Below the pieces are notes generated by a model. That model searched no databases, was not told where the DNA came from, and was given only the letters and a program-made list of their open reading frames with translations. A stretch of DNA of 64,000 nt from Raja brachyura (taxonomy: Eukaryota): positions 6,324,001 to 6,388,000 of the forward strand of contig OY740783.1 of the NCBI GenBank assembly GCA_963514005.1. Direction: 5' to 3'. The translations under genes were made by a program, and so were the position numbers. Below, one piece after another: positions 49,346-60,611 of this stretch. Each line of letters starts with the position of its first letter. The stretch's first letter is position 1.

Positions 49346-50187
49346 GACTGTGTGGCCAGGTTCAGCTCCAACTCCATCATTAGGTTTGCTGATGACACTG
49401 TGGTGGTGGACCTGATCTCCGATAACGATGAGAAGGCCTACCGGGAGGAGGTGGCTGATCTGGCACTCTGGTGTCAGGACAACAACCTCCTCTTGAATGT
49501 CACAAAAACTAAGGAGCTGATCGTGGACTTTAGAAGGGCACAACATCTACTGTGGGACTACTGTGGATAGGGTGAGCTGCTTTAAATACCTGGGAGTCCA
49601 CATCACAGAGGATCTGACATGGACATCACACGCTGCTGCACTGGTGAGTAAGGCAAGGCAGCGCCTTTACCACCTCAGGCAGCTGAGGAAATTCAGAGTC
49701 TCTCTGAGGAACCTTCAGTGCTTCTACTCTGGGGCTGTAGAAAGCATCTTTCCGGCAACATAACAATCTGGTTTGGGAACAGTTCTGCCCAGGACAGGAA
49801 GACTCTGCAGAGAGTCGTGACTTCGGCCGAACGCACCATGGGAACAAAATTCCCCCCCCCCGTAGGACCTATACACCAAGAGGTGCAGATCCAGAGCCAG
49901 CAACATTACGGGGGACCCCTTCCACCCCAGCAACGGACTGTTGCAGCTGCTACGGTCAGGCAAACGCCTCCGCTGTCATGCTGTGAAAACAAAGAGGATG
50001 AGACGGAGTTTCTTCCCACAGGCCATCAGGTCAGTAAACTCTGATCTCACCTGGAACTAATTTACTGTTGTGTTGTGTGCTGATTCTGTTCTGTTCTGTT
50101 GTTTTTGCACAATCCGCCGGCATTGCCACTTTCATTTCACTGCACATCTTGTGTATGTGACAAATAACATTGACTTGACTTGACTTT
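49346..50187 (+). mobile_element. Rex1/Babar LINE 3' fragment
   Basis: IIRFADDTVVVDLISDNDEKAYREEV..WCQDNNLLLNVTKTKELIVDFRR, FKYLGVHI..KARQRLYHLR; (TTGAC)n tail. Confidence 0.88.
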
Positions 50188-50242
50188 GATCTCCTAATTT
50201 GAAGAAGGACATTATTGTTATTGAGTGAGTGCAGCATTGGTT

Positions 50243-53200
50243 CATAGAAAATAGGTGCAGGAGGAGGCCATTCTGCCCTTCCAGCCAGCACCGCCATTCA
50301 TTGTGATCATGGCTGATTGTCCCCAATCAATTACCCGTGCCTGCCTTCTCCCCATATCCCTTGATTTCACTGGCCCCAAGAGCTCTATCAAACTCTCACT
50401 TAAATCCATCCAGTGATGTGGCCTCCACTGCAAACTGTGGCAGGGAATTCCACAAATTCACAACTCTCTGGGTGAAAATGTTTTTTACGCACCTCATTCT
50501 TAAATGGCCTCCCCTTTATTCTAAGATTGTGGCCCCTGGTTCTGGACTCACCTAACATTGGGAAAATGTTTCCTGCATCTAGCTTATCCAGTCGCAGAGG
50601 GAGAATAAGGAGGGAAGAAGACAGAGACTCTAAGACTGTTGCCTTCCACCACAGTGAGGAGGTGTTTGGTGAACTCACTGTGGTGGATGTTAATTTTTGT
50701 GTTTATTGTGTGGTTTTGTTATTTTTAATATATGTATGAATGCAGGTACGAAATTTCGTTCACTGCCTGCCATAGACATAGTAGGCCATTCAGCCCTTCG
50801 AACCTGCACCGCATTTCAATATGATCATGGCTGATCATCCAACTCAGTATCCCGTACCTGCCTTCTCTCCATACCCTCTGATCCCCTTAGCCACAAGGGC
50901 CACATATAACTCCCTCTTAAATATAGCCAATTAACTGGCCTCAACTACCCTCTGTGGCAGAGAGTTCCAGAAACTTACCACTCTCTGTGTGAAAAAAGTC
51001 TTTCTCATCTCGGTCTTAAAGGATTTCCCCCTTATCCTTAAGCTGTGACCCCTTGTTCTGGACTTCCCCAACATCGGGAACAATCTTCCTGCATCTAGCC
51101 TGTCCATCCCCTTAAGAATTTTGTAAGTTTCTATAAGATCCCCTCTCAATCTCCTAAATTCTAGAGAGTATAAACCAAGTCTATCCAGTCTTTCTTCATG
51201 AGACAGTCCTGACATCCCAGGAATCAGTCTGGTGAACCTTCTCTGCACTCCCCCTATGGCAATAATGTCCTTCCTCAGATTTGGAGACCAAATCTGTACG
51301 CAATACTCCAGGTGTGGTCTCACCAAGACCCTATACAACTGAAGTAGAACCTCCCTGCTCCTATACTCAAATCCTTTTGCTATGAAAGCTATCATATCAT
51401 TCGCCTTCTTCACTGCCTGCTGCACCTGCATGCCTACTTTCAATGACTGGTGTACCATGACACCCAAGTCTCGCTGCATCTCCCCTTTTCCTAATCGGCC
51501 ACCATTTAGATAATAGTCTGCTTTCCTGTTTTTGCCACCAAAGTGGATAACCTCATATTTATCCACATTATCCTGCATCTGCCAAACATTTGCCCACTCA
51601 CCCAGCCTATCCAAGTCACCTTCAGTCCCATTAGCCTACCCAATACTATTTCTCGCCTAATGAAAATGTCTTTCAGTTCCTCTACCCCCTTAGATACTCT
51701 GTCCTCCAGTGTTTCTGGGAGATTGTTTGTGTCTTCCTTAGTGAAGACAGATCCAAAGTACCTGTTCAACTCTTCTGCCATTTCCTTGTTCCCCTTAATA
51801 ATTTCACTTGTGTCTGCCTTCAAGGGACCCACATTTGACTTTTTCCTTTAACATATCTAAAGAAGCTTTTACTATCCTTTATATTCCTGGCCAGCTTCCC
51901 TTTGCAGGCAGTGACTAGTGGGGTGCCGCAAGGCTCAGTGCTGGGACCCCGGCTATTTACAATATATATTAATGATTTGGACGAGGGAATTCAATGCAAC
52001 ATCCCCAAATTTGCAGATGATACCAAGCTGGGGGGTATAGTTAGGTGTGCGGAGGATGCTTGGAGGCTGCAGGGTGATTTGGATAGGCTGAGTGAATGGG
52101 CAGATGCATGGCAGATACAGTATAATGTGGATAAATGTGAGGTTATCCACTTTGGTGGCAAAAACATGAGGGTAGACTAATATCTGAATGGTGGCAGATT
52201 AGGAAAGGGGGAGATGCAACGAGACCTGGGTGTCATGGTACACCAGTCATTGAAAGTAGGCATGCAGGTGCAGCAGGCAGTGAAGAAAGCAAATGGTATG
52301 TTAGCATTCATAGCGAAAGCATTTGAGTATAGGAGCAGGGAGGTTCTACTGCAGTTGTGCAGGGTTTTGGTGAGGCCACACCTAGAGTATTGCGTACAGT
52401 TTTGGTCTCCAAATCTGAGGAAAGACATCCTTGCCATAGAGGGGGTACAGAGAAGATTCACCAGACTGATTCCTGGGATGTCAGGACTTTCATATGAGGA
52501 AAGATTGGATAGACTCGGCTTGTACTCGCTGGAATTTAGAAGATTGACGGGGGATCTTATAGAAACTTACAAAATTCTTAAGGGGTTGGACAAGCTAGAT
52601 GCTGGAAGATTGTTCCCGATGTTGGGGGAGTCCAGAACAAGGGGTCACAGTCTAAGGATAAGGGGGAATTCCTTTAGGACCGAAATGAGGAAAACATTCT
52701 TTACACAGAGAGTGATGAGTCTCTGGAATTCTCTGCCACAGAAGGTAGTTGAGGCCAGTTCATTGGCTATATTTAAGAGGGCGTTAGATGTGGCACTTGT
52801 GGCTAAAGGGATCAGGGGGTATGGAGAGAAGGCAGGTACGGGATACTGAGTTGGATGATCAGCCATGATCACATTGAATGGCGGTGCAGGCTCGAAGGGC
52901 CGAATGGCCTACTCCTGCACCTATTTTCTATGTTCTATGTACTTCATCTTTTCAGCCCGTATTGCCAGTTTTGTTTCCTTCTGTTGTCCTATGAAAGTTT
53001 CCCAATCCTCTGGCTTCCGGCTACTCTTTGCTGTGTTATACATATTTTCTTTTAGTTTTATTCTATCCCTAACTTCCCTTGCAGGCCTCCTACTCCCCTT
53101 AGAATATTTCATCCTTTTTGGAGTGAAATAATCCTGCGTCTTCCGGATTATCCCCATAAATTCCTGCCATTGCTGTTCCACCGTCATTCCTGCTAGGATC

Positions 53201-53998
53201 CCTTTCCAATCTACCTTGGCCAGCTCCTCTCTCATGCCTTCATAGTTCCCTTTGTTCAACTGCATCACTGACACTTCCAATTTAACCTTCTCCTTCTCAA
53301 ATTGTAGTTTAAAACTAATCACATTATATTCAGCATGTTAATTCCCGGGATGGCGGGACTGATGTATGATGAAAGAATGCGTCGACTGGGCTGGAATTTA
53401 GTAGGATGAGGGGGGATCTTATAGAAAGATATAACATTCTTGGAGTCTGAAGAAGGGTCTCGACCCGAAACGTCGCCTATCTCCCTCGCTCCTTAGATGC
53501 TGCTGCTCCCGCTGAGTTTCTCCAGCTTTTTGTGTAACCCCCTAACATTCTTGGAGGATTGGACAGGACAAATGCAGGCATAATGGTCCCGATGTTGGGG
53601 GAGTCCAGAAACAGGGGTCATAGTTTAAGATTAAGGGATAGGCCATTTAGGACTGAGGTGAGGAAAAACCTTTTCACCTAGAAAGGTGTGAAACTGTGGA
53701 ATTCTCTGCCAGAGGAGGCAGTGGAGGCCAAGTCATTGGGTGTTTTCAAGAGAGTTAGATTTAACTTTCAGCGCTAAAGGAATAAAGGGATATGGGGAAA
53801 AAGCTGGAACGGGGTACAGATTTTGGATGGTCAGCAATGATCATATTCGGGCATTGGAACCAGTTCTGGGGGAGGATATTGAATGGCGGTGCAGGCTCGA
53901 AGGGCCGAATGGCCTACTCCTGCACCTATTTTCTATGATTCTATGAATGGTGGTGCTGGCCTACGCCTGCACCTAATTTCTAAGTTTCTATGTTTCTA
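50243..53998. mobile_element. Nested CR1 fragments: 50243-50592 (-), 50775-51900 and 52938-53325 (-), young 51903-52940 (+), old 53330-53998 (+)
   Basis: RT and C-terminal ORFs with 3' tails; 51903-52940 belongs to the same young subfamily as 6589-8158. Confidence 0.85.
53446..53542 (+). mobile_element. 97-bp Penelope-like terminal-repeat insertion with 14-bp TSD, containing a minimal hammerhead ribozyme core
   Basis: TSD TAACATTCTTGGAG at 53432-53445 and 53543-53556; CTGAAGA-A-GGGTC-TC-GACCC-GAAAC-GTC at 53447-53474. Confidence 0.8.
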
Positions 53999-54694
53999 AC
54001 CTGTAATCTGAGATTGAACGGCACACACATGCAATTTATCTGTTACCTTTTGTCTGCCTGTGTAATTTTTAATTCGGTAACATATCGATCATCTTCCCCA
54101 TTTCTTCTACAAGACTACAGTAGTCCATTACATCATAGTGGGGAAAACTAAATTAACTTTATTAACACCTCATACTTCTCTCTAATTGTTTGTGTTTATG
54201 TGGGTCTGCACAAATTGTCATTATTATCATGAATGGAATAAATGATAAAATGACTAATAGCATAAGGAATGAATGCATTGAAGTTTCTGCCGAATCAGAT
54301 TAACCCCCCTCTGCTACATTTTCTGTGGCTGAAGAAAAACATTTTATTGTGAACGATGGGTAAGAGCTTCCTATGTCATTGAACGGAAACACCTGTGTCG
54401 ACCGTGTTGCTAAATCAGGCGTTTTCTTTCTGCTACTCAAGCACTGAAAACTCTGGTGGTGAATAACAACTAACAAAATAAAAAACTACCTAGCAATAGA
54501 TCTCGCAAACTTCCAGCTACCAATCGTATTGGTTACATACTGCATCATTTTGGTTACATTGTCAAGAATATCAATTCTGATCATGTATATCCCGGCAACT
54601 GTGTTTGATTGGGATTAGTTTTCACGTGTACAGTGGGCATCAATGTCTCTGAGATTCTGTATGGAATCTGTTTAGACAATAGAAAATAGTCAAA

Positions 54695-57600
54695 ACACAA
54701 TAGACAATAGGTGCAGGAGTAGGCCATTCGGCCCTTTGAGCCAGCACCGCCATTCAATGTGATCATGGCTGATCATCCCCAATCAGTACCCCGTTCCTCC
54801 ATTCTCCCCATGTCCCCTGACTCCGCTATCTTTAAGAGCCCTATCTAGCTCTCTCTTGAAAGCATCCAGAGAACCTGCCTCCACCACCCTCTGAGGCAGA
54901 GAATTCCACAGACTCTCCACCCTCTGTGAGAAAAAGTGTTTCATCTTCTCCGTTCTAAATGGCTCACCCCAGTTCTGGACTCCCCCAACATTGGGAACAA
55001 TCTTATATGTTTCAATAAGATTCCTCTCATCCTTCTAAACTCCAGCGTGTACAAGCCCGACCGCTCCATTCTCTCAGCATATCACAGTCCTGCCATCCCG
55101 GGAATTAACCTTGTAAACATATGCTGCACACCCTCAATAGCTAGAATGTCCTTCCTCAAATTAGGGGACCAAAACTGCACACAATACTCCAGGTGTGGTC
55201 TCACCAGGGCTATGTGCAACTGCAGAAGGACCTCTTTGCTCCTATACTCGACTCCTCTTGTTATAAAGGCCAACATGCCATTCGCTTTCTTCACTGCCTG
55301 CTGTTCCTGCATGCTTACTTTCAATAAAAAAGATGAACAAGGACCCCCAGATCCCGTTGTACTTCCCCTTTTCCCAACTTGACACCATTTAGATAGTAAT
55401 CTGCCTTCCTGATATTGCTACCAAAGTGGATAACCTCACATTTATCCACATTAAACTTCATCTGACATGCATTTGCCCACTCCCCCAACCTGTCCAAGTC
55501 ACCCTGCATTGTCATAGCATCCTCCTCACAGTCCACACTGGCACCCAGCTTTATGTCATCTGCAAATTTGCTAATGTTACTTTGACTCCCTTCATCAAAA
55601 TCATTGATGTACAGTGGCTTGCAAACGTTTTCATACCCCTTGCACTTTTCAACATTTTGTCATGTTACAACCACAAACGTAAATCTATTTTATTGGGATT
55701 GTATGTGATAGACCAACACAAAGTGGTGCATAATTGTGAAGTGGAAGGAAAATGATACATGGTTTCCAAATTTTATTACAAATAAAAAACTGAAAAGTGT
55801 GGCGTGCAAAAGTATTCTGCCCCCTGAGTCAATATTTTGTAGAACCACCTTTCACTGCAATTACAGCTGCAAGTCTTTTGGGGTATGTCTCTACCAGCTT
55901 TGCACATCCAGAGACTGAAATTTTTGCCCATTCTTCTTTGCAAAATAGCTCGAGCTCAGTCAGATTGGATGGAGAGCGTCTGTGAACAGCAATTTTCAAG
56001 TCTTGCCAGTGATTCTCAATTGGATTTAGGTCTGGACTTTGACTGGGCCATTCCAACACATGAATATGCTTTGATCTAAACCATTCCATTGTAGCTCTGG
56101 CTGTATGATTCGGGTCGTTGGCCTGCTGGAAGGTGAAACTCTGCCCCAGTCACAAGTCTTTTGCAGACTCCAACAGGTCTTGTTCCAAGATGGCCCTGTA
56201 TTTGGCTCCATCCATCTTCCCATCTTCTCTGACCAGCTTCCCTGTCCCTGCTGAAGAAAAGCATCCCCACAGCATGATGCTGCCACCACCATGTTTCGCA
56301 GTGGGGATGGTGTGTTCAGGGTGATGTGCAGTGTTAGTTTTCCACCACACATAGCGTTTTGCATTTAGGCCAAAAACTTCAATTTTGGTCTCATTAGACC
56401 AGAGCACCTTTCTCCACATGTTTGCTGTGTCCCCCACATGGCTTGTGGAAAACTGCAAACGGGACTTCTTATGGCTTTGCTTCAACAATGGCTTTCTTCT
56501 TGCCACTCTTCCATAAAGGCCCGATTTGTGGAGTACACGACTAATAGTTGTCCTGTGGACAGATTCTCCCAACTGAGCTGTGGATCTTTGCAGCTCCTCC
56601 AGAGTTACCATGGGCCTCTTGGCTGCTTCTCTGATTAATGCTCTCCTTGCCCGGCCTGTCAGTTTAGGTGGATGGCATGTCTTGGTATGTTTGCAGTTGT
56701 GCCGTACTCTTTCCATTTCCGGATGATGGATTGAACAGTGCTTCGTGAGATGTTCAAAGCTTGGGATATTTTTTATAACCTAACCCTGCTTTAAACGTCT
56801 CCACAACTTTATCCCTGACCTGTCTGGTGTGTTCCTTGGGCTTCATGATGCTGTTTGTTCACTAATGTTCTCTAACAAACCTCTGAGGCCTTCACAGAAC
56901 AGCTGTATTTATACTGAGATTAGATTACACACAAGTGGACTCTATTTACTAATTTGGTGACTTCTGAAGGCAATTGGTTGCACGGGATTTTATTTAGGGG
57001 TATCAGAGTAAAGGGGGCTGAATACTTTTGCACCCCACACTTTTCAGTTTTTTATTTGTAAAAAAATTTGAAAACAATGTATCATTTTCCTTCCACTTCA
57101 CAATTATGTGCCACTTTGTGTTGGTCTATCACATAAAATCCCAATAAAATACATTTAAGTTTGTGGTTGTAACGTGACAAAATGTGGAAACGTTCGAGGG
57201 GTATGAAACCTTTTGCAAGACACTGTATATTGCAAATAGCTTCTGTCCCAGCACAGAGCCTTGTGGTACCCCACTAGTCACTGCCTGCCATTCTGAAAGG
57301 GACTCGTTAATCCCTACTCTTTGTTTCCTGTCTGCCAACCACTTCTCTATCCATGTCAGCACTCTACCCCCAATACCATGTGCTCTAATTTTGCCCACTA
57401 ATCTCCTATGTGGGACCTTATCAAATGCTTTCTGAAAGTCCAGGTACACTACATCCACTGACTCTCCCTTGTCCATTTTCCTAGTTACATCCTCAAAAAA
57501 TTCCAGAAGATTAGTCAAGCATGATCTCCCATTCGTAAACCCATGCTGACTCGGACCAATCCTGTTACTGCTATCCAAATGTGCGGCTATTTCATCTTTT

Positions 57601-58320
57601 ATAATTGACTCCAGCATCTTCCCCACCACCGATGTCAGGCTAACAGGTCTATACTTCCCTTTTTTTTTCTCTCCTGCCTTTCTTAAAAAGTGGGATAACA
57701 TTAGCTACCCTCCAATCCACAGGAACTGATCCTGAGTCTATAGAACATTGGAAAATTATCACCAATGCATCTATGATTTCTAGAGCCACTTCCTTAAGTA
57801 CCCTGGAATGCAGGCCATCAGGCCCTGGGGATTTATCAGCCTTCAGTCCCATCAGTCTACCTAACACCATTTCCTGCCTCATGTGGATTTCCTTCAGTTC
57901 CTCCGTCACCCCAGATCCTATGGGCACTACTATATCTGAAAGATTGTTTGTGTCCTCCTTAGTGAAGACAGATCGAAAGTACCTGTTCAACTCATCTGCC
58001 ATTTCCTTGTTCCCCATTATAGATTCACCTTTTTTGGTCTTCAAGGGTCCAACTTTGGTCTTAACTAATTTGTTCCTCTTCACATACCTAAAGAAGCTTT
58101 TAGAAACATAGAAACGTAGACAATAACATTTTACTATCCTCCTTTATATTCTTGGCTAGCTTACCTTCGTACGTCATCTTTTCTCCCTGTATTGTCTTTT
58201 TAGTTATCTTCTGTTGCTCTTTAAACATTACCCAATTCTCTTGCTTCCCGCTCATCTTTGCTACGTTGTACTTCTTCTCTTTTATTTTTATACTGTCCCT
58301 GTCGTCCCTTGTCAGCCACG
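54695..58320 (-). mobile_element. CR1 ORF2 remnant interrupted by Tc1
   Basis: ...AAATCATTGATG-TA-TATTGCAAATAGC... rejoins across the Tc1 insertion. Confidence 0.88.
55612..57225 (-). mobile_element. Tc1/mariner DNA transposon (IR/DR type, 1614 bp) with inactivated transposase (~56846-55829)
   Basis: CAGTG...CACTG ends, TA TSD (55610-55611 and 57226-57227), ~210-bp TIRs; [13 protein letters not shown] and [12 protein letters not shown] motifs; frameshifts, a stop at ~56150, and WSNETK and QQAND at the catalytic Asp positions. Confidence 0.95.
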
Positions 58321-59089
58321 GGTGACGTTTCGGGTCAAGACCCTTCTTCACACTGCATCTGACTGCATTCAATCCAGCATCTGTAGTTCCTTCTTAAACA
58401 GTTCCTTGGGATGATCAGTGGTAGTCTGGGTTCCATGTTCCTTGGCCAGAGCACACAGACGTTTTTCAAATTGACCAATGCTGCGATCCATGTGTACACC
58501 CACGTATTGTATATTTCGTTTGGTTTTAGCAAATGAATGCACCGCAATGCAACAAAATCAATGATTCAATGACGCAATTATTCAATACATTATTGCCACA
58601 TGCACCTAGATGCAGTGATATTCTTTATTTTTGCATACAATCTAGTAAAATCGCACAGCAGACCTCACCTAGGCAGTGCACAATGGGTCGCCATGTTTCT
58701 GCCACGGTGAAAGTTACAAAATGTCTATCGAACAAACATCGATGACAGTTCAGTCAAAAGTCAATTTCTTTGCACCTTGTCCTTGAATCAGTCCTTGAAT
58801 TTACCATTTAACCATTTAACCTTTTAACCTTAGCTGTGATTAACCATTTAATCACAGCTATGCATTATCGGTATAGCTGCTGGAGTCACTTCGCGGCCAA
58901 TGACACCACATGGTTATCTCCATAAACATTGTCCTTTCATATTCTACAAGGGCAGAGGAATGTACTGCCCATATACGGATCAAAGCCCCTACAACTGTTT
59001 TAATCAAATATTATAGGGGTGGGTGACCATTGACGAGACCCAATGACAAAGCCCATTTGACTCTTTTGTATGAAATACACTGGGATAGA

Positions 59090-60400
59090 CTAAACTTCTG
59101 GACTTTTTTAAGGATGTAACAAGTAGAATGGATAAGAGAGAGACAGTGGATGTAGTATATCTGGACTTTCGAAAAAGTCCCACAAAAGAGATTAGTGTGC
59201 AGAATTAGAGCTCATGGTATTGGGGATGGTGTATTGACAAGGATAGAGAACTGGTTGGCAGACATGAATCAAAGAGTAGGAATTAACGGGTCCTTTTCAG
59301 AATGGCAGGGAGGGACTAGTGGGTTGCCGCAAGGCACAGTGCTGGGGCCCCAGTTACTTATAATATATATTAATGAATTAGACGATGGGAATTAAATATA
59401 ACATCTCCAAGTTTACGGATGACAAAGATGGGTGGCAGAGTGAACTGACAGGAGGATGCTATGAGGCTGCAGGGTGAATTGGATAGGTTGGAAGACTGGG
59501 CAGATGCATGGCAGCTACAGCATAATGTGGATAAATGTGAGGTTATCCACTTTGGTGGCAAGACCAGGAAGGCGGATTATTACCCGAATGGTGTCAGGTT
59601 AGGAAATGGAGAGGTTAAACGAGACCTGGGTGTCCTTGTACATCAGTCACTGAAAGTAAGCATGCAGGTACAGCAGGCAGTGAAGAAAGGCAATGGAATG
59701 TTGGCCTTCACGGCGAGAGGATTTGAGATTAGGAGCTAGGACGTTCTGCGGCAATTGTGCAGGTCCGTGGTGAGACCACACCTTGAGTATTGTGTGCAGT
59801 ATTAGTCTCCTAATTTGAAGAAGGACATTCTTGCTATTGAGGGAGTGCAGCGTAGGTTCCCCAGGTTTATTCCCAGGATTGCGGGACAGCGGGACTGACG
59901 TGTGATGAAAGAATGGGTCGACTGGGCTTGTATTCACTGGAATTTAGAAGGATGAGACGGGATCTTATAGAAACATATAAAATCCTTAAGGGATTGGACA
60001 GGCTAGGTGCAGGAAAAATGTTCCCGTTGTTTGAGGAGTCCAGAACCAGGGGTCACAGTTTATGAATAGGGTGTAGGCCATTTATTACTGAGATGAGGAA
60101 AACCTTTTTCACACAGAGAATTGTGAATCTGTGGAATTCTCTGCCACGGAAGGCAGTGGAGGCCAAATTTAGAAAGTGCTATATACATTTAATTTTTTTT
60201 TTTAATTACTTACTAATTTATTGAATGTTTTTAAGAGAGAGTTAGGTTTAGCCCTTATGCATAACGGAATCGGGGATATGGGGAAAAGCAGAGACGGGGT
60301 ACTGATTTTGGATGATCAGCCATGATCATGTTGAATGGCGGTGCTGACTCGAATGCCAGAATGGCCTAGTCCTGCACCTATTTTCTATGTTTCAATGTTT
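59090..60400 (+). mobile_element. Older CR1 RT to 3' end remnant
   Basis: Fragmented RT ORFs and CR1 tail at ~60370-60400. Confidence 0.85.
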
Positions 60401-60611
60401 CTCAGCCTCATCACCCACAACTAGGCCGGGATCATCATGTGTCAGCTTCAGGCTACTTTACTTCCATCCGATAACTGAATACACATATTACATGTTGATA
60501 CAAGTCTCCCGCCTCACACTATCCTCAGCATTTCAGGCAGAACATGGTTTCCTTCACATTGATATTCAGGTATTGCCAGTTCAGGCAGACGTGGTGAGAC
60601 GTGGTGAGATG

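Larger units (their letters stand above)
42450..60400 (+). repeat. Old local direct duplication: ~42450-49300 versus ~53330-60400
   Basis: Non-TE blocks align: 42995-43678 with 54008-54678, and 44108-45308 with 58408-59041; the flanking old CR1s share variants (GCATAATGGTCCCGATG, TCAGCAATGATCATATT). Confidence 0.88.

Noticed and set aside
60387-60611. Novel N-terminal domain fused to CR1 ORF2 (965-aa ORF)
   Set aside because: The ATG comes from the tail of the preceding CR1, and the ~75 codons are chance read-through of flanking DNA.
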